Shown piece after piece: positions 18,915-20,000 of a DNA stretch of 20,000 bases. Source of the DNA: Microthyrium microscopicum (taxonomy: Eukaryota). The position numbers and the translations under genes were made by a program. Location: the NCBI GenBank assembly GCA_010405405.1, contig MU004247.1, positions 236,202-256,201 of the forward strand. The letters are read 5' to 3'. The notes beneath the pieces were generated by a model. The model saw only the letters and a list, made by a program, of their open reading frames with translations. It made no database searches and had not been told where the DNA came from. How positions within the stretch are numbered: the first letter of the stretch is position 1; each line of letters opens with the position of its first letter.

Positions 18915-20000
18915 CGCTAGAAAAATTAGTAATCTTTACTATACGAGGGCCTATATATAGCTTACCCTTAGTATATAGTGGCGTAATACTCCTATATAAT
19001 CTATATCTCTATATATTATATATATAAAAGTAGCATATATAGCCTTTATATAAAAGTATATAAACTAATATATTACGTAATATAAGTATTATTATAATAG
19101 ATAATTAGTATATACTTATTATAGACTAGTCTTAGTATATAGAATTTAATTATAATAATATAGCTATATTAAACCTTATAACTAATCTAATTAATTTTAT
19201 ATTATTACTCTAATATATATTTAAGTTACTATATAACTATATTCTTATTATAGCTTAAGCTTTATAGCTAATTATTTATATATACTTTACCTACATTATC
19301 TATATTCTTAAAAACTAAACTTATAAAAGTTAAGAATAAAAATAAAGAAGAATAAGTATTTAAATTTAACTAAAGCTAACTAAAAGCTATTTATATATCT
19401 CTACTTAGTATATATTATATTAATATAATATATAAGAATACTTTACTTAGTATAGGTTAACTATAAGTAGTAATAATATTAAATCTATATAAGTCTTTAA
19501 ATACTAAATATATATAATATTCTCTCTTTATTTATATACTACTAATAGAAGTATTCTTTATATAGTATCTCTACTATAGAATCTATAGCTAGTATACTTT
19601 AGATCTATGCTTATAATAAAGAAGAAGGACTTAGAGGCTTTAAGAATAGTAAATAATATCTTAAAGTAGTTTATATTATTTATAAGGCTAAAATAATAGA
19701 AGATATTAAGTACGTACTAACTATACTTAGGTTTAGTTTAGCTATTAAAGTATTAATAGTACTAAGCCTATAATACTTAAATTTCTACTCTATACTAGTA
19801 AAAATAATAATATAACGTATATTTATTATTACTACTAGAAATACTTAGGTATTTAAGTTTATTAGTACTAATATCCTTATATTCTTAATATAAATTTAAT
19901 ATACTCTTATATTAATCTTAGTAAAATAAATAAGTTATATAACCTTTATAAATTATAGAGATATATATTAAAGCTAAAAGTATAATTAAAAGAAAGAATA
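18915..20000. mobile_element. RIP-degenerated AT-rich repeat / transposon relic, family unidentifiable, continues beyond the window
   Basis: Abrupt switch to very AT-rich sequence with a large TpA excess and near absence of CpA/TpG dinucleotides, with stops in all frames. This is the classic signature of repeat-induced point mutation. Confidence 0.85.

Overview
Eukaryotic window from a filamentous ascomycete (Pezizomycotina). The evidence is short 47-54 nt GT-AG introns with CTAAC/CTAAT/TTGAC branch points, a creA gene and a RIP-type AT-rich block. Left to right: (1) the 3' part of a bacterial-type alpha/beta-hydrolase-like + PKD-domain gene, intronless in the window (<2..1357, +), a horizontal-transfer candidate; (2) MSP1 AAA-ATPase (3 exons, -) head-to-head with TIM21 (+); (3) an unrecognised 402-aa orphan ORF (-) with internal repeats, bracketed by inverted ACTTAC/GTAAGT hexamer arrays and preceded by a 94-bp tandem duplication; (4) a probable augmin subunit HAUS3 homologue (3 exons, -); (5) a ~5.1 kb divergent intergenic region with clusters of CreA-type SYGGRG sites; (6) a divergent creA/cre1 repressor (2 exons, +); (7) a gene-free downstream region with an inverted-repeat motif cluster; (8) a heavily RIP-mutated repeat relic from ~18.9 kb to the window end. 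The least explained structures are the orphan cassette (4.4-6.5 kb) and the motif cluster at 17.3-17.65 kb. All homology calls come from motif recognition by eye; no searches were run.
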